This document shows, piece by piece, positions 1-12,199 of a stretch of DNA of 64,000 bases. The notes under the pieces are model-generated. The model ran no database searches, was not told the DNA's origin, and saw nothing but the letters and a program-made list of their open reading frames with translations. This DNA comes from Balanoglossus misakiensis (taxonomy: Eukaryota; Animalia; Hemichordata): the NCBI GenBank assembly GCA_040954595.2, contig CM082576.2, positions 4,562,760-4,626,759 of the forward strand, read 5' to 3'. Numbering within the stretch: position 1 is the first letter of the stretch; the number at the start of each line of letters is the position of its first letter. Made by a program: the position numbers and the translations under genes.

Positions 1-3000
1 TTTAAATATTGTATTGCTTTGCCGTGGAAAAACGTGAAGCTTTCATGTCTATACTGTTAATATCCAAATAATGTCATCTCTGGCGGATATGACGAATTTA
101 TCCATAGAAAAAAACTTTTATTCCTTAAAGCCATGTAGCTTTTCACAAGGAAACCGCCAGATCCACTCTGTTCACAGTTTTCGTCAAGGGCGTTAGGTGT
201 TCTGGATTCTGCGTGTTAATGTTAATTCGAAAAAAGTGCGTTCACATTTACCGGATGTTTTGGTTATCTCAATTATGCTCTTGTAAATTTTAGTTCTCTT
301 TCACCAACATTTACATGTACATGGTAAGCTTAATCCTTATTTTCATTTATAAACAAGAATGGTTGACTTTGATGTATATGACTTGCAATGATGCCGTTTA
401 CTCTTTCACACTCGTGTTTAAAATATTACTTGTTTCTGTGACGCGAGCTTTACTCTACGTGCTTTGTATAAATTTACCGTAGTATACCTCAATTAAGCGT
501 GTTCCGAAGGAACATATGTAAATATCAGCCCTGAATTAACCTGGCGATGACGGATACACATGCGCGTGAATTGCATAAAACCCACACAGGGATCTCAATG
601 AAACGGATTTTCTCAGTTGAAATCGGCATCATTGAAATCACTGTACAGTCATTTCGGTCGCTAATTTTTGGGCAATCATCTCCCGCGGCAATTCCTCGCA
701 TAATGGACTGTAAAGAGCTGAACGCGTGAACGACAAGTGAAAACCATTGTTCGGCCTGTGGGCGCGCCTCTCGATGCACTTCCCTGTATTTGTGCGCATC
801 TCCCGGCTGGTGACGTTAAACCCCCAACCTGTGACGTAAGCAACGACCAGTGATGCGTACTTTCTTTACCCTATACACAAATCACATCAGATATCCAACC
901 AGCATAGAATAGATACACGCGTGCGAGATCGATCTAATATTACCGAAACCGGTGATCTGATCGCATTTTTTACTCTGAGCCGACGCGTTCAATTTGTAGT
1001 CACGCACCACAAAAGACGTTGCTCTACAAATTGCTCGCTGCTGTTGGCGTAATTGTATGCTAATTTCATCTAGGTACACGATAAATACATTTCAACACCG
1101 CGCGCCCTACCCCAGCTCATGTCACCAAGATGGCGGCCTGCACGTAGTAGACGGCTCGCTTGTGTAGGTTGTCATATATCACGCATAATATCGCGCATCA
1201 CTTCACATGATCCGCACATAGACGCCACATAAACTCCAGTGACGTAATACATCTGCTCTTTTCAATTTGTCTAAAACATTGGCCATAAAATAACGAATCG
1301 ACAGAGAAACGCCGTTAATCATTAGTTGACTTTTAAGTTAATGTAAGTTTTCAATTCCCATTCTTGAAAAAAATGGTACTAGAATTTCCCTGTAGTAAGC
1401 CCTGGCTCATCAACTCGCATTTCTGCGTCACCACTTCTGCGAACAGAATATTTGATTCAACTTAACACTTCTCCTGTGATACTCCTCGAAGGCGCCGACT
1501 TAAATGCCCGTGTGCATGCCACAACTTCAATTTAATTTGTCGAACTTAGATATCGTCCATGTTTTTAGATGTCCTTGGCATTCAAAAGTAATGTTCACAT
1601 TTTACAGACGACTCAAAATAGTGTGGATGTAGGTCGGAACACACACAGACATGCCTAATTTGATCTACAAGCAGAAAAAAAATGGTTCGTTAACTTCATT
1701 TTTCTACAAAAGTCAATGGCATGTAAATAGCATAGTAAATTTAGAATAATCAAATTCAGTTTTGAGAATACATTTTTCACATATTGGCGTCGAAATATCA
1801 GCGTGTTATCAAATGTGATATTAATCGAATGTGGGTCAGGCTGATTTTTAAAAAAAATCGCTATCTCTAGCTTTGTCGACAGCTTATGTTAGCTGCCCAG
1901 AGACGTTACGGGGCTTTTTAAAATTTATATCGTCCACTTTCCGAAGTAATAATATAAGTATACATAAAATATTACTGTCTTGTGCCCTCAAGTGTCAATT
2001 ATACGGATTGCGTTTTATGCCGACATTTTTGTCATGCGTTTAGCCATGGGCACCGCATTCTGAATTTTAACAAATCATCATTTTTAAAGAGAAAAAGTTT
2101 GTGTCATTTAATCGTCTATCACTTCGCGGGCACAATACTTGAAACTGTTAACGGACGGGTGAATTGGCTGCTGTTGAATTGGTTGCATGGAAACAGTATT
2201 CTAAAGTCTCAGAATTATTACGTTTTATTTGACAGCGTTGCAAGTTTCAATCGTAATAAAAAAAAAGTCACGTGTCGATATCATTCCGCCTGAAATTTAA
2301 ATGTCCTTTCAAACTGCGCACGCTCCATGGATGCGCAGTGGACAGATGACACAAGCCCCTTCCACCACACATGGATGACGACGAGTTCTGACAAGGGAAC
2401 ATATCCAATGAATAAAACCCGATAATGTTATTTACGCCAACCACGTGACCAGAATGCTAATTGCCCACGGCGAAACACATCTTATAAAAAGGAACCTACA
2501 TTTCCAGCTCAGGGTGAAAGAATGCCATAAAGACCGAATTTGTCAATTTCTGAGTTATTAATCTTTTCTACTGCAGAATTTTTAGGCTAGATCAGAAAAT
2601 CCTTCGGAAACTATCACGTTTTATTTCGATGAGCATCGCTGGAAGTGTTTATGTGCAAATAAATCATGACGGGCGGGGAAAAGGATCTAATTTTTGCTCT
2701 AATTCTCGGTTCGTCAATCATATCCTCACTTCAGGAAGACACTTTAAGTTGTGCCATCGGGAAGTCTGATACAGCGGGCGATGTAAGAGACAGATCAATA
2801 CAGTTAATTAAATTGAAAGAAAATGTCTCGATTTGCCTTGAAATTTGTGTCAATTTCGACACCGTTGACCCTACAGCGCGTTTGAATTCAAATGAGTGGC
2901 AGTTCGCATCTCGTCGGTAGCGTCCATTGCTTGATTCAGATATTATGAGAGCAGGCACATTTAGATTGCACACGCACAGAAAAGGTGTAAACTAATTATG

Positions 3001-3751
3001 TTCAGAGTACCATAAAATATATATCTACAATAACGGGGAAATAGTGAATTGAAAATCTGAAAATTGTGAAGAAATCAGAATTCAGTAATCTTTGACGACT
3101 GACAACATGCTCTGGCTGAATGTTTATTGTGATGGCAACGAAAACTGGAAAGAGAAGTAGTTTACAATTTCTGAAATTCAGTCTCGAGGATAAAATGAGA
3201 ATTGGAGTATTCCGACTTGTTCGAGAAGCTTGGGTAAACAAAGACTCGAAAAGTGCTCTGCACGTACGTTATGACTGTTTTATGACCAGGAGGAAAGTGA
3301 TATTGAAAACTACAGATTGTCAAATAATCATCTCCTACCGTTTGCACAGTTTGGGTAGACAGTTCAGACTTCATTAGTGCGCCCTCAAAAATTATATTAG
3401 AATTTTTTTCATTTTTTGAGAGAATTCGTGGGTATAATGACTTCGCACACATACGATTTCATTGGTTCGGTCGTTGACGGCGCCTTCTCAAAATAAAATG
3501 TCCGTGAAAGTAGTTTGTACGAACGAACTAGTAACTGCCTCCGGGAGTTACCATGCATGGAAGCAGTCGCCATATTGATCGACTAATTGCCAACTACTGT
3601 AAACTTTGAGTATTTATTGATTTTTAAACCTTTAGTGAACTACATGGACGAAAACCCTACATCAGCAAATGAATATTTTAAAGAATTTCAGTGAAAAGTG
3701 GACACAAGTGTACAAGTGTAAATGTTTTTATTGTAGTCAGACTATGCTGAA

Positions 3752-3934
3752 AGGTATACGGCCACCCCAATTTACATACGCCCATATATGGATGAAATGG
3801 CGTATTTGAGTGTTCTAAAGTACATTGGTGGCGCTCTTTTTTTCGCGTGTGCCACCCACTAAAAATCTGTGATTGGCTAGATCTCAATTTACCATGGTAA
3901 CTATATCCAAAATTGCATAGGTGACCGTATACTT
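3752..3934. mobile_element. Kolobok-like MITE, family A copy 1 (about 183 bp)
   Basis: Imperfect TIRs aggtatacggccacc / ggtgaccgtatactt; right flank TTAA; clearly similar to copies at 8547, 23850, 29992 and 59359. Confidence 0.8.
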
Positions 3935-4072
3935 TTAAGATACCAGTATAACAACCCCCGACAAAATCTCTATCTACAAAGAGATGTTAGTCAAAGAGGT
4001 TTCGAGTTACATACCGAAATGTACATGAGGAATTTGGAGTTGAGGTGATTGTATTTTGCATCAGAGTAAACA

Positions 4073-4078
4073 TTTATT
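4073..4078 (-). promoter_or_regulatory. Candidate polyadenylation signal (AATAAA) of the LU-mucin-PAN gene
   Basis: TTTATT on the plus strand, about 180 nt downstream of the stop codon. Confidence 0.5.
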
Positions 4079-4254
4079 AGTCAGTGAAGTAATGTGTATA
4101 AATATATGTTTTTATCATTCCTTGTTCGGCCATGCGTAAATAACTCGCTCTCACTTTCAATATTTAACACCATTCAACCTGTCCCGAAGTGTGGGGACCA
4201 ATTTTACATTTCTGATTTCTTGCGCATGTGCACCAGGTGCGAGTTCAAGTTAGA

Positions 4255-4520
4255 TCAGAATGCAGCTCGATAGTATAAATCGTATCCAACGTTTGTTTGC
4301 AAGTCAGTACTGACGACAGAGTTGCTGTAAACTTCACATGTCAGAAAATGCCCACTGTAAGCAAAACTTGAACACCCCTCCATAGCTAAACACTTATGGG
4401 CACACGATACCACGCTGCCAATTTTCTTGTAGGTCACAGTGGATGAACTTGAACCACTTTTGTCTTCTGCTTCAAGGACAAAGTTGGCGAACCTGTACTT
4501 GCTTCCCCCGAGAACAGGAT
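4255..4520 (-). CDS. LU-mucin-PAN gene exon 5: PAN/Apple domain and stop
   Basis: Acceptor ttgtcag|AT; SCAHKCLAMEGCSSFAY...TCEVY matches the 4-Cys PAN core C-x3-C-x5-C-x2-F-x-Y...C; ends YDLYYRAAF*. Confidence 0.88.
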
Positions 4521-7500
4521 CTGACAATTTTGGAGCAAAACGAAAAAAAAAAATATATAGAATCGATTCCCGTTGAAATGTTATTATCGAACGACAATAA
4601 CGGATGGATGGATGGATATAACAGACACTCACAAAACAGACTTGATGGTACATTTTTGTTCGGTAACAGATGTTTTGGACGAAAACATAGACTACGTGAC
4701 ATATCAATAGAAATCACATTCCGCGTTATCAAGTTACATGTACGTTTATTTAGTTCATTTGGATTTTTTGTTGAGATGTTAATATGCCTTCAAGCCTCTG
4801 TCTTTTATTCGGAACCGTATGTAATTCGGGCAGTTATTTGTGTATCTTGTGTGTTACCAAGGCAATGGAATTAACACTCGTTGAATGGGATAATACTATA
4901 TTGGCTACTGCTGATAAAATAGGCGCTAGAACTCTGCAACAAGAAGGTAATTCTGTGACCCACTAAACGCATACCTTTATTCGGCGTTGTTTGTGGTGTT
5001 GTTCTACCTGTAGTTGTGTCAGGCAGTGTGGTTGCCATGGTGGTATCAGGGGCCATAGTTACCATAGTGGTGTGTGGATGTGTGGTTACCTCGGTCGTAT
5101 CGGGTTGTGTGGTTAACACAGAAGTTTTAGGCGCTGTGGTTACCATGGTTGTACCAGGGGATGTGGTTACCATGGTGGTACCAGACACCGTGGTTTTCAT
5201 GGTAGTGCCTGGCGCAGTGGTTACCATGGTTGTGTCAGGCGCTGTTGTTACCATGGTTGTGTCAGGCGCAGTGGTTACCATGGTTGTGTCAGGCGCAGTG
5301 GTTACCATGGTTGTGTCAGGCGCTGTGGTTACCATGGTTGTGTCAGGCGCAGTGGTTACCATGGTTGTGTCAGGCGTTGTGGTTACCATGGTTGTGTCAG
5401 GCGCTGTGGTTACCATGGTTGTGTCAGGCGCTGTGGTTACCATGGTTGTGTCAGGCGCAGTGGTTACCATGGTTGTGTCAGGCGCAGTGGTAACCATGGT
5501 TGTGTCAGGCGCTGTGGTTACCATGGTAGTATCAGGTTCTGTGGTAACCATGGTCGTACCAGGGGATGTGGTGGTCATCTCTGGAAAAAATAATGGCAGT
5601 GGAAGTAAAATCTGAGACATTCGTAAAGTGATTCTTCGCAAGTTGCTTCGCCACGCTGAAGTTCAAAGAATCACACGATTTACATGAAGGACTGATATGC
5701 GAAATATCATCACAGACGTACGTAAACTACTTTGACAATTGACTAGCTGATGTGAATTGATATTGGAATCGATTGAAGATACATTGGAATTCACCTATAG
5801 GTTTTGGGTACACACAAAGATAAATATAAATGGCGGGGGAAAACTTGAAGCACCCACTTCTTGCCAACACAGATCAGATTACATGTACCACATTATTATC
5901 GACGCCCAGGCAACGGCACGTACGTATATTTTTCGCTGTTTTCAGAGAATGGGGTGATGATCATTGGTACATTATTACACACTGATGATAACTGGTCACA
6001 ATTTATAAAAAGCAAGTGCGACATTTTGCGTTTATTCTCTCTCTCTTCGGTAAGATTTACACAAATAAACCCATTTGAACGGATTCAGCGAGAAACATTC
6101 ATGAGAAGCATCACTGAAAATGTAATGTGTCGTCGCATAGTGGTGGAAATAATATATCGATCTGCACTTGAGTAATTTGAGGGGAGTGTTCTCTTTCAGG
6201 TGTCTCGCGGGTCACGTGAGCGACATTGATATTTGTGCAGAGTGTTTTCGACACATATGCTTCTTGTATGGTTGGCGTTGATTTGCCAAACAATGCAATT
6301 TTCAACAGGTAATCAACATGTTAACAAGGAACGGAAGACGGGTCCCTCCGTTCGCATGCTTCCACGTCAACAAATGTCAGGTCAAGATGACCTCAATGGC
6401 CGCTCAAGCGCGTCGTAACCATAGCGACATAGACGCAGATCGCATCGGTTAAAGTCCCCCTAGTTTCTCGCTCCGGAAACCCTATTTTCCTATGAAGTAC
6501 AAAGATTACAAATGAGCTCGAGCGTTTGTGCGGCAATCGGAAAAAACATGTATTGTCATGCCACCGAAAAACATGAACCAAATTGTTAATTGTATATGCC
6601 CTAGCCCTGCGTACAGGTCTGTGTGTTCGCGGCGTTACACGGTCTCCACCACAGCCCTGCAAAGGTCCATAGACAAAACTGGTGCGTCTACGGTCCGGAT
6701 TCGGACCGCTGCTTTTCGGCCGAAATTTGATTTTATCGAAGCACAATCCTTTCCCTGTCTACTTCTACCTCCTTACCGACTCCAAATATGATGCGATTTA
6801 CTTGTTCTGACGTTCGATACTGAAAGATGCATGATGGCACTCACCTGTTGGTATTTCAGGGGAATTACATTCATCGTAATCGCAGCAATAACGACATTGA
6901 TACGTCGCAGAAGACAAGTCACACCTGACGGGATTCTTTGCATTTGCGGTGTCGTAACAGGTAGAGCTCAGCTGGCAGTTTTTTGTGATATCATGGCTGG
7001 TGGTGCTCTGTACTATCAGGTTTTCACATACCTGTCGATAAAGTCAAGCACAAACTCCAAAGAGTCAGATGGTTTGGGACACAAAACGTACGTACATATA
7101 CATACATATGTTGGCCCTAATAATAGAGAACATGTATAATTGAGAAGATGGTTCAGTATTGCTTATTAGCACTGAAGAGGTTCATGTCTCATTTCTCAGG
7201 TGTCAGTAATTAGCTTGAAATGTTCATACCTCACCATCAGCACATTGCACAGTTCCTTGGTTGTTGCATTTCAAGTTGGATTGTACAGGTGGACATTGAT
7301 AGCACATCAAGCCTTCGCATTCCTTAGCTGCAATGTAAGTCAATTGTAAACTTAACCTGATTGTACTTAACACTGGCAAAAATTATTGGACATGATTTCA
7401 GTTTTTTATGTATGCACAGACTAGACATGACACACGCGGTCATATTATGGTTCATTGTAGAAGCCACCTGGATCTGACCTCGTCAACCAATGGCTTGAGC

Positions 7501-7875
7501 ATACAATCTTCAACAATTACAAATTTATAATCGGAATTGATGTTATTAAACCCGTCCATTATTAACTTTCATAGTCTTTACGCCATCCCGTCGGTGCTGA
7601 ATGGTACAACCACATGCCAATGCAGTGTCTTGATTGGGAAATTTAAACACAGAATATTTGCTTCGTCTGTGGGACAAAATGATCGGGACGTCAAAAGGAG
7701 ACGAATGCTCCTAAAGCCGTTGCAGCCAAGCATTTGTCATGAACAACTCGGAGTTACGAAGCCAATTTTGATTTTTTTTTAATATCATTGTATACTTACC
7801 TAAAAGGACTCCAAGGATAACTACGAATATTTCGGCGACTTCGTGATTAGTTGAAAACATGTCGAACTTTACCAT
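4255..7875 (-). CDS. Secreted Ly6/uPAR three-finger + mucin-repeat + PAN/Apple protein; 5 coding exons complement(join(4255..4520,4975..5580,6845..7031,7230..7327,7800..7875)), 410 aa
   Basis: Exon lengths 76+98+187+606+266 = 1233 nt (411 codons including TGA). All introns are GT-AG with compatible phases (1,0,1,1). Translation gives a hydrophobic leader, LMCYQC...CCDYDECN, TTMVTTAPD repeats and a PAN Cys pattern. Additional small exons inside intron 5581-6844 cannot be excluded. Confidence 0.85.
4975..5580 (-). CDS. LU-mucin-PAN gene exon 4: Thr/Pro-rich mucin stalk
   Basis: Acceptor ttttttccag|AG, donor AAG|gtatgc; symmetric phase 1-1; lies within ORF 4871..5641. Confidence 0.9.
5018..5557. 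repeat. Coding 27-bp tandem repeat, 20 units (9-aa TTMVTTAPD)
   Basis: Plus-strand unit gtggttaccatggttgtgtcaggcgc(a/t); near-identical units at about 5217-5530, diverged units toward 5018. Confidence 0.97.
6379..6393. promoter_or_regulatory. Perfect IR3 nuclear-receptor element (ERE consensus) AGGTCAagaTGACCT
   Basis: Exact match to the AGGTCAnnnTGACCT palindrome, in intron 3 of the LU-mucin-PAN gene; function untested. Confidence 0.4.
6845..7031 (-). CDS. LU-mucin-PAN gene exon 3: C-terminal half of Ly6/uPAR domain (VCENLIV...ITKNC...YQCRYCCDYDECNSPEIPT)
   Basis: Acceptor cgacag|GTA, donor CAG|gtgagt; diagnostic CCxxxxCN terminus; open frame for 62 codons. Confidence 0.9.
7230..7327 (-). 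CDS. LU-mucin-PAN gene exon 2: N-terminal half of Ly6/uPAR domain (AKECEGLMCYQCPPVQSNLKCNNQGTVQCADGE)
   Basis: Acceptor ttgcag|CT, donor GAG|gtatga; the LxCYxC start is typical of three-finger domains immediately after the signal cleavage site. Confidence 0.88.
7800..7875 (-). CDS. LU-mucin-PAN gene exon 1: signal peptide MVKFDMFSTNHEVAEIFVVILGVLL
   Basis: ATG in good Kozak context (gctaccATGG); a second in-frame ATG at 7860; hydrophobic core IFVVILGVLL; donor TAG|gtaagt, phase 1. Confidence 0.8.
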
Positions 7876-8507
7876 GGTAGCGAAGTATTTCAAATAAAGT
7901 CGGCCAGATTTTAGCGAAAAAAAGGCCAGTTAAAAGTAAGGAACAAACACTGGTTTCACACGCGCACGACAATCGGAGAGAAACAGTCTCGCAGAGTTGC
8001 CGTCGCTTATCCAAACACTGTTTCTGGAACCAATCAGATGAAGTGATCACTTGCAATTTTGCCGATGAGTGTCACAGTGGTTACTATGGCAGCCACTTAT
8101 ATGCAAAGGAAGGCATTGACAACCAAGTCATAATATGTTACACTGCAACCTGTTGTGAATCGTCACCGCAGACAGTCTTTTGTAGCCATTAGCAAAACGA
8201 ATCCATCTTCTGTGTAAATCTCGCTTCCAATACATGTATAATACAGTATATGCATTTAACAAGAGGAGGGGCGTTCCCAAGGAATTGTGTAAACGCCATT
8301 GCACTTTTTTATCAACTCTCCCTCTCTTTTCAAACATTTATAACAGGAAACGATCTGCACGACGCATAGCAATTATTTGTCTACCTCCTTATATAGACGC
8401 GGTGTCTTGGATGGATTGTTGCCAACTGAAACACCATAAAGGTTGTCCTTGCGGCAATTCTTGTCCGTGTCACGTTGTTCTGCCGTTGACAAAATAGTGT
8501 TGCCTTT

Positions 8508-8548
8508 GTTTATAGCATGGAGGTACTAAGTACCTCCATGGTTTATAG
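8508..8548. mobile_element. 25-bp palindromic micro-insertion with 8-bp target-site duplication (P-element-like ends)
   Basis: GTTTATAG | CATGGAGGTACT-A-AGTACCTCCATG | GTTTATAG: perfect 12-bp arms and a perfect 8-bp direct repeat. Confidence 0.75.
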
Positions 8549-8735
8549 GTATAGTACAGTCACCTCCAATTTACATACACCAATATATGGTTGAAATGGC
8601 GTATTTGAGTGTTCTACAGAACATTTGGTGGCGCTCTTTTTTTTCGCGTGTGACTTCCACTGAAAATAGGTGATTGACCAGATCTCAATTTGCCATGGTA
8701 ACTGTAGTTAAATTTGCATAGGCGACCGAATACCT
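8547..8735. mobile_element. Kolobok-like MITE, family A copy 2
   Basis: Full-length match to 3752-3934 (gaaatggcgtatttgagtgttcta...tggtggcgctcttttt...agatctcaattt...ccatggtaac); ends ggcgaccgaatacct|ttaa. Confidence 0.8.
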
Positions 8736-11700
8736 TTAACCCCGTATGTCAGTTAAATATCCACAGTAGAATCCAAAGCGAAAAACAAGAAACCTGTACC
8801 GTTTTTTGTCAATTGTTTATAATTCTCGATAAGAGGGAAACACTATATTTTTAATTTTTAGAAAAGTTATCAAAAAAATACTCCTTGTTGAATTATGTCA
8901 TCACTGATGCAGCTGCTCTTGTTTGAGTTTCGGTAAATTTGAGACACTTTATCGATCGAATCAACTTCTTTGTGGGTAACAGTAGACGAACCACGGTAGT
9001 TGTTGCCTCAACACCAGTATAAAGTCTTATCAAGACAAAATGAACACTGACGTTTGTGGCGCGTGAAAGAAGATACTGCAATGACGTATCGTGAAAAGGA
9101 GCTCATAATTAATCAATAAACTCTGCTCAGAAGCAAGGGCCATTCTAAGCAAAATTAAACAAAGATCTCGGTGCTTTTGTAAGCACGTTCTCGGAATCAC
9201 AACATCCCATAATTTTTTCCAAACATTTAGTGCATACGAGCTAGTGTCACATCTGACATACAGAGGAGTTTACTCGGAGAAGTCTAACCTTTTCAATTCT
9301 GAGATGCAAATAATTTGTATTTTCACATTTTATTTGTACTAAAATTTAAAGCTTCAGAAGCACATTTAATTTTGGTCAACAGCGCCACCTTTACCAAAGG
9401 ATGACCATCTTTCGTTTTATGTGCCTTACGTCGTTCAGAGAAGAAGCTGTGACGGGCACGGTTTCAGTTCAGTGTTCCCCACCACTTGAAATTGCTTATT
9501 GGGATCCCAGCCAATTACATATTTTCCCTTGGGTGGCCACATGAAAAAGTGCACCATCACACGGTCGTGTTGACTTAAAAAGTACATAAATTTTCCTCGT
9601 GGCGGACCTGTCATTGACGGTTCACGTCCATGAAACCCTGGTTCACATCCGTTCCTTCAGGTATATCTCAAACAAATGTGGGCACATAAAAGAAATGAGA
9701 ATGTCGTGCGCGCTTCTTTTCATCCAACTATATCCTGCGAGATCACGACACAAACTCTTGAGATTTAGGCCTATAGCAAACTTGAAGTTGAGCGACCTTT
9801 CTGATCTGGCATAGCTGGCGGGCCATCGTTGACGTTGTACGTGACAGAGTTTTCTCGCGTAATCACGAATGAGAAGTCACGTGAATTGCGCACTCTAACC
9901 TGAACGACCTTGCACTAATCACGTAACATGCGTGAAAATCAATTAATCCACAGAACTACAAGGGAACGAAAACAAATAATCTAATAGAGGTATTATGATG
10001 CAGCGGTAAAAACAAAAGTCCGTGGACAATGCGTTCAGTTTCATTTTATCAACCAAGGTCCGGTCTATTACCCAAGGTCGTTCAGGCCGCAGTACATCTT
10101 CATTTCCATTAGTTCTTTATAGTGATACACAACAAACAACCCCTACGGAAAGGCCGATTTAGAATGGGACAGTTATGTTGCTTTTCTGACAACAGCAGCG
10201 CGTCTATAGTTCGCCCACATATTATGTAACCACTGACTTCTGAAGCCACCGTCACTGTCACCGAGGCCGGCGGGTGTGACTTGGCGGCCGATCATGCAGC
10301 GGCTAAAATTTACCTGTCGGCAGGCTCTGCCCGACAAAGTCGTTGGTTTTGCACCGCTCTCGCAGACAGGAGGCACCCGACCCCACATGCGAAGTCCGAC
10401 AACATAGCTCGATCCATTTCATCACCAGAAATCATTCACAAAATTGACATCACTTTCATTTTCTTTGATGTAACTGAACTGAGGACATCTTCGCTTGCAG
10501 AGCCGCATCGAAACAAGCCGCACGGCTGAAGATATACTCATGGCTCTCGTGACTATTTGCTTATAGTGTTATAAGCTTATGTCGTGCTTTCCCGCTATTT
10601 TGCCGTGATATAATTGATAATTATTTTAAATGTAAGTTCACGATAGAACGAAGAATCTTGTATTAGTTGGTATTTTCGGCTTTTGTCGCTGTCGAGCTCA
10701 TGGTCATTAAGCGTAAACCAAGGAAGTACTAGCATTCTCTTGAAGTCGACCGACTTTTCATTTTTGTTTTCCATCTGAGAATTTACTTCGTCGTTTACAA
10801 TGTATATTTACTGAAGCACACCAATTTATGTAACTCCTCTCTTACCTGTGCGGTTCGCTGTTCAATCACAGGTGTAAAAGAAGATAGCTAATGACGTAAG
10901 CTTCTTATGTACACAGCTTACAATTACGTCACCGGCGGAGTAATGCTGCGAGGCGAAGAAAACACACAATCGACTGTTCCCAGATCACACTTTCTACTGA
11001 TTTAAATGAGTGTGGCAAATTCACCTTAACGTTAACTTCAAATGCATACATCTGTGTTTCAGATGTCATTTATTGACCATCAAGTTGTGTAATGACTTTA
11101 TCTTGTTTTTAAAAGGTCGAGTGTCCCAATGCACACATAGCAATCTTCACAAAATTTGGGTTAGATTGTGGACAATTATTGAGGCTAAAGTTCGTTACTG
11201 TAAATGTATGGAACTTTTGTTCGAACCGCTCCCAAAAACACCTCTCCGAGTCAAAGTTATGCATGTTACATTCTCTTAATTTCGTTTCATTCCTTATGAT
11301 AAACACCTCTCCGAAAGAGTTACGGAATCGATCGTTTCTGTCAAAACATACAGGTAGCGTGTTAATCACTTGGCGGATCAGTTATATTTAAATACAATGA
11401 AATAATCAGCTTACAACGCGGTGAGATTTGGTGTTCCGTAACTGGGAATGACCTCTGACCTTGAGACGGAGTTATTACATTTGGAACGGGGCTATGGATC
11501 GATAGACTCACAGCATGGCACTTACACAGATTGCAATAAATCACGCCAATGACTGTAAATATGATTAGTACCGATAACGAAGGAAGAGGGAAGACCACAC
11601 CGAGTGCGTTCGAGATGATAGATGATTTGCTCAATTTGGTGAAAGTATGAAAAATCAATTAATCAAAGTTAATGCATGTTATAAATGCATGTCAATCATT

Positions 11701-12199
11701 AAAGAATTAGGAAACTCGGACTGCACAAATATTTGCTTTCCTCCCGTAATGGGTGACGAACTGATTGGTCACGATTGAACGGAATGATTAGTTCTTAAAC
11801 CGTCTCCAGTATGTTGAAACTTTTTCTGACAGACATGTATGTATTTCATTTTCACAAAAACAAGACGACAATATCATTATAAGTTATCAGCCGCAATGTC
11901 GTGACTACAATTTTAATGATTCTTCTTTTTCTCTCTCAAAATTATAGTTTGTTCGGGAAAAAAACGCTGATCCGAAAAAAATTAACGAATACAACGGGGA
12001 CTGACAAAAAAGAAGTAAATGGTGATTGAAATTCCTTGGCATTTATTTTTCATCCGGGTCCTATCCTGTCGCGCATGCATGATTTGCATATTATGATCAT
12101 CTAATGATTCAGAAATATTACCAAAAGGTCTACTTGTAACGAAAAATTGAGGCATTGAAATAGGTGCACCGATACAAAGACTTTGAATTTGGAAAAAAA

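Noticed and set aside
5018-5557. Regular short repeats superficially like a CRISPR array
   Set aside because: Head-to-tail units with no unique spacers, in frame within an exon, eukaryotic context, no cas genes.
5016-5615. 199-aa plus-strand Val-rich ORF (and 5230..5493)
   Set aside because: Antisense shadows of the 27-bp mucin repeat; splice sites and flanking domains support the minus strand.
5720-6113. Possible extra small minus-strand exons (DASHECFSLNPFKWVYL / KNIRTCRCLGVDNNV / VNSNVSS...)
   Set aside because: Weak donors and no compatible phase link to exon 3; direct splicing 6845->5580 is already in frame.
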